A DNA stretch of 64,000 bases, from the IMG/VR virus record IMGVR_UViG_3300035071_000047; one strand, 5' to 3'. The position numbers were made by a program, and so were the translations under genes. Within the stretch, counting starts at the first letter, position 1; the number at the start of each line of letters is the position of its first letter. Below are positions 60,683 to 64,000 of this stretch, piece after piece. This DNA comes from an uncultured virus (IMG/VR IMGVR_UViG_3300035071_000047). Taxonomy: Duplodnaviria; Heunggongvirae; Uroviricota; Caudoviricetes. Below the pieces are notes generated by a model. It saw only the letters and a list, made by a program, of their open reading frames with translations, ran no database searches and was not told the origin of the DNA.

Positions 60683-63673
60683 ATGTCACTCGTTCCCACC
60701 CAGATCGTCTACGGCGGCCCGTCGGGACTGCAGGCTCAGGATGCGGCGCTCGCGTGGGACGACACCCACAAGACGATGAGCATCGGCGCCATCGGGATCG
60801 TCGCGAGCATCCTGTTCAACCCAGGGGTACCGCTGGCGCGCATCCTCGTGGGGACGCCGACCTCGGACGTACCCACCGCTGACATCCTCGTCCAGGCGCA
60901 GGCCCCGTTCGCGAGCGCGTCCGTCAACCAGACGCCGGGGAACATCAACCTCAACATCCCCGCGCCCATCGGCGGGGCGGCCCACAGCGGCATCAACCTC
61001 CAGGACAGCGGCGTCACGTGGCTGACGTTCCAGCGGACCGCGTCGCTGTCGAACATCTCGTTCGCGGCCAGCGGGTCGCCCAAGCTGAGCCAAGCGGTGC
61101 GTGTGTCCGGAAATGGACAGCAGTTCCTCTTCCAGGCGCAGACCGCGTCCCAGGCCAACGGGATCGGCGGAAACCTGGTCATGGACGGCGGCGACGCGCC
61201 CGGCATGAACGGCGTCGGCGGGCAGATGATCCTGACCGGCGGGTTCGGCGCCGCGACGGGCGGCAACGTCCAAGTCACGGGCGGACAGGGCGGCGTCACG
61301 GGCGGAAGCATCCTCTTCAACTCGGGCGTCGGACCCAACGCGGGGAGCGTCCTGTTCGGATCGGGCGGCACCATCTGGCTCTCGTTCAAGAACACGGGCG
61401 GGTCGACGAGCATGCAGCTCTCCTCGACCGCGCCGCATTTCACGTTCAACCAAGTGGCCGCGACGAGCGGCGCTGGTGTGCCATGGGTCATTGCGGCCCA
61501 GAGCACGTCGGCGGTGGCCGCGGGCGGGAACATGTCCCTGCAGGCCGGCAACTCGACCGGCATCGGAGGCACGGGCGGCAACCTCCTCCTCTCCGCCGGC
61601 AACGGGTCCACGCCGGGCAGCACACAGATGCAGACCGGCGGCAACACATGGCTCACCTTCGCGAACGCCGGTGGTTCCTCTGGTCTCCTGTTCGCGGAGA
61701 CGGCGCCACTGCCCGTTATCCGGCAGCTCGTCGCCACCGCAGCCCCTGGCGCGCAGCTCACGATCGCCTCTCAGAGCTCGTCCAGCGTCGGCCTGGCCGG
61801 CGGACCGCTCCTCCTCACCTCGGGCACCGGCGGAGGCGCGAGCGGCAATGGTGGCAACATCACCATCCTCGCAGGGAGCGGCGGATCGGGTAGCGGTGCG
61901 AGCGGGAGCATCCTGCTGAGCACAGGCAGCGGGGTCACGGATGGATCCATCCAGCTCCAAAAGTTCGGGACGACGTGGCTGACGTTCGCGACGGCCACGG
62001 GCGCCACCTTCGCTACCACAGCTCCGACGCCGACCGTGTCCCAGGCCACCACCAGTACTGGAAACGGCGCAGTATTCACGATCCGAGCGCAGTCCACGAC
62101 CGCCGCGAACGCTACGGGCGGCGTACTGTTCTTGACCGCCGGATCCAACACGGCAGGAACGAACGGTATCGGTGGCGACGTGATCGTTGCGGCCGGCGCA
62201 GGAAAGAACACGAGCACCGGAGCAGGAGGAAACATCGTCCTTGCCGTGGGTAACGGGTTCACGCACGGCAGCGTCCAGGTTCAGGACTCAGGCTCGACTT
62301 GGCTCACCTTCTCAGCCGTCGGCTCGGCCACCGTCACCTTCTCTCCTACCGCGGTCACGCCGTCCATCGGACAAGCCAACACGTCTTCTGGCAGCGGAGC
62401 CCTGCTCAGTCTCTACGCGCAGACTACGACGGCCGCAGGGGCCACTGGAGGGAATCTCCTCCTCTCTGCCGGGTACAACACGGTCGGAACCAACGGAATG
62501 GGAGGTGACGTCGTCATCACTTCCGGCGCTGGCAACGGCGCCGGCTCCGGCGCGGGTGGGCGCGTCATCCTCAACGCGAGCGGCGGCGCCACCGCGGGCG
62601 TCATCCTGTTCCAGGCTGCGGGCACGACGTGGCTCACGTTCTCCAAGACCGGATCGAGCACCAACGTCACCTTCAACTCCAACGCTCCGGCCGTGACGAT
62701 CTCCCAGGGAACCACGACGTCGGCGAGCGGCGTCACCATGGCCATCACGGCGCAGGGCACGTCGTTCGGCGGAGGCGTCGGCGGCAACCTGAGCGCTTCG
62801 GCCGGATCGAGCAGCGCTGGCGTCGGCGGCAACCTACTGCTCAATCCTGGCCACGGAACAACGAACGGCGACGTCCAGATCTTCGACGGTAGCAGCAACC
62901 TCGTCTTCCGCGTCGACGGACCCAACCGAACCAACAAGGTCAGTGGTCCACTCATCGGCGACAGCACGACGAACGACTCGCTCCGGTTCGGCGTCACGAC
63001 GCCGATCAGCCTCGCGGGCCGTTCGACGGACCTCACGCTGACGAACGTGCAGTACGCGAACCAGACCATGACGTTCAACGGGACGCCCGCGGCGGCGACC
63101 TTCAACCTCGTCCTGCCGAACGTCGCCGGGTTCACCAAGGTCTTCGACCTCACCTCGGTCACCCCGGGCGTCGCCACGATCTCGGCCAAGGCCGGGACGT
63201 CCTCCGTCCTGCTGTCGCCCGGACGCGCCACGACCGTCTGGTACGACGGGACCACGTTGCACGCGCTCACGGGGGCCGGACTCGTCGAGACGGATTCCGC
63301 GACCGATACGGGCGTCTCGCTCGTCATCGGCCCGTACACGACCCTGGTGGCCTCCGGCGTCTCCGTGACGCTCGCCGCGGGCGAGAAGCTCATCATCGAC
63401 GTGGCGAGCCTGCTGAACACGGCTGGATCCGGGGCCGGAACACTGGCCGCGCAGTACCAGGTCACGGTGGACGCGTCCGTCGTGTCGCACGACGCGATCT
63501 CCACGGACAATACGAGGACCGGGTACAACCAGCCCTACGCGCGGTCGATCGAGGTCACGGGCCTCTCCGCCGGAACGCACACGGTCGACTTCCAGGCCCG
63601 CACCGACAACACGAGCACGGCGACGTACATCGCGAACAACAACTCGCTCCGCGTCATGCGGTCGGCTGCGTGA
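60683..63673 (+). CDS. Gly/Thr/Ser-rich repetitive tail-fibre/adhesin-like protein
   Basis: Six repeats anchored on GxTWLTF, GGNLxLxAG motifs, C-terminal LSAGTHTVDFQAR; AAGGAG RBS. Confidence 0.75.
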   Translation: MSLVPTQIVYGGPSGLQAQDAALAWDDTHKTMSIGAIGIVASILFNPGVPLARILVGTPTSDVPTADILVQAQAPFASASVNQTPGNINLNIPAPIGGAAHSGINLQDSGVTWLTFQRTASLSNISFAASGSPKLSQAVRVSGNGQQFLFQAQTASQANGIGGNLVMDGGDAPGMNGVGGQMILTGGFGAATGGNVQVTGGQGGVTGGSILFNSGVGPNAGSVLFGSGGTIWLSFKNTGGSTSMQLSSTAPHFTFNQVAATSGAGVPWVIAAQSTSAVAAGGNMSLQAGNSTGIGGTGGNLLLSAGNGSTPGSTQMQTGGNTWLTFANAGGSSGLLFAETAPLPVIRQLVATAAPGAQLTIASQSSSSVGLAGGPLLLTSGTGGGASGNGGNITILAGSGGSGSGASGSILLSTGSGVTDGSIQLQKFGTTWLTFATATGATFATTAPTPTVSQATTSTGNGAVFTIRAQSTTAANATGGVLFLTAGSNTAGTNGIGGDVIVAAGAGKNTSTGAGGNIVLAVGNGFTHGSVQVQDSGSTWLTFSAVGSATVTFSPTAVTPSIGQANTSSGSGALLSLYAQTTTAAGATGGNLLLSAGYNTVGTNGMGGDVVITSGAGNGAGSGAGGRVILNASGGATAGVILFQAAGTTWLTFSKTGSSTNVTFNSNAPAVTISQGTTTSASGVTMAITAQGTSFGGGVGGNLSASAGSSSAGVGGNLLLNPGHGTTNGDVQIFDGSSNLVFRVDGPNRTNKVSGPLIGDSTTNDSLRFGVTTPISLAGRSTDLTLTNVQYANQTMTFNGTPAAATFNLVLPNVAGFTKVFDLTSVTPGVATISAKAGTSSVLLSPGRATTVWYDGTTLHALTGAGLVETDSATDTGVSLVIGPYTTLVASGVSVTLAAGEKLIIDVASLLNTAGSGAGTLAAQYQVTVDASVVSHDAISTDNTRTGYNQPYARSIEVTGLSAGTHTVDFQARTDNTSTATYIANNNSLRVMRSAA

Positions 63674-63978
63674 TGGTCACCCGCAAACCGGACATCCTCC
63701 TGCACAACGCGTACGCCGTCTGGTACCTGCCAGACGGCGGCGCGCTCGAGGTCGAGTACAAGGACTACGTGTGGATGGTCCGACGCTACCAGCGAGAGCG
63801 TCGTGGATCCGGCATCCTGCGTGTGACCGCGTACGTCAACGCCCCCGAGGAGGCGAAGATCATGCGTGTCGCTCGCGAGGGCCTGACCAAGATCGAGACG
63901 TTCGGCGGCGACGTCGACCGCGTCGCCAATCTCCCCGCGCGCATCACGACGTCCGTCTTTCGACCGAACCCGAGGTGA
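63670..63978 (+). CDS. Hypothetical protein
   Basis: Coupled to the fibre gene stop. Confidence 0.55.
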   Translation: MMVTRKPDILLHNAYAVWYLPDGGALEVEYKDYVWMVRRYQRERRGSGILRVTAYVNAPEEAKIMRVAREGLTKIETFGGDVDRVANLPARITTSVFRPNPR

Positions 63979-64000
63979 CCGATGAAGCTCATTCTCCTGC

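Noticed and set aside
59001..63580. Long minus-strand ORFs (562, 526, 371 aa) and similar Arg/Pro-rich ORFs throughout the window
   Set aside because: They are antisense or off-frame shadows typical of high-GC DNA, overlapping better-supported genes.
60683..63673. Diversity-generating retroelement acting on the fibre gene
   Set aside because: No reverse transcriptase and no adenine-specific template/variable repeat pair was seen.

Overview
A 64-kb fragment of a large, very GC-rich bacteriophage or prophage genome. It is made of densely packed small genes, many with overlapping stop/start codons. No capsid, terminase, rRNA or tRNA genes were seen. Lipobox proteins with Cys-rich and DAG-rich segments hint at a myxobacterial host (inference). 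Layout: (i) 1-11970 is a leftward operon ending in a DNA methyltransferase, a five-repeat degenerate CRISPR mini-array with very short spacers, and a gene missed by the ORF track because it runs off the window edge. That gene encodes a Cas12m-like (type V-M/V-U1) effector whose RuvC-I Asp is replaced by Asn. (ii) A divergent palindromic control region is followed by a tyrosine recombinase, DUF2199 and HNH genes. (iii) About 20.1-39.6 kb is an early-like region (DUF932-like, SprT-like, LPD25-like, ATP-dependent ligase). Several of its genes share an AAAAGGGGACC(T) start-associated motif and structured leaders, and a hairpin RNA element displays the antisense of that motif in a loop. (iv) The right part holds a Dam-like MTase, SPFH-like protein, membrane-anchored lytic transglycosylase, papain-like protease, GT2-TPR, sigma-70 factor, endolysin-like protein and a repetitive fibre-like protein. 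Top candidates for new biology are the phage-encoded, apparently nuclease-dead Cas12m-like effector with a fixed short-spacer guide array, and the putative anti-RBS small RNA with its motif regulon. All family assignments come from motif recognition by eye, not database searches.
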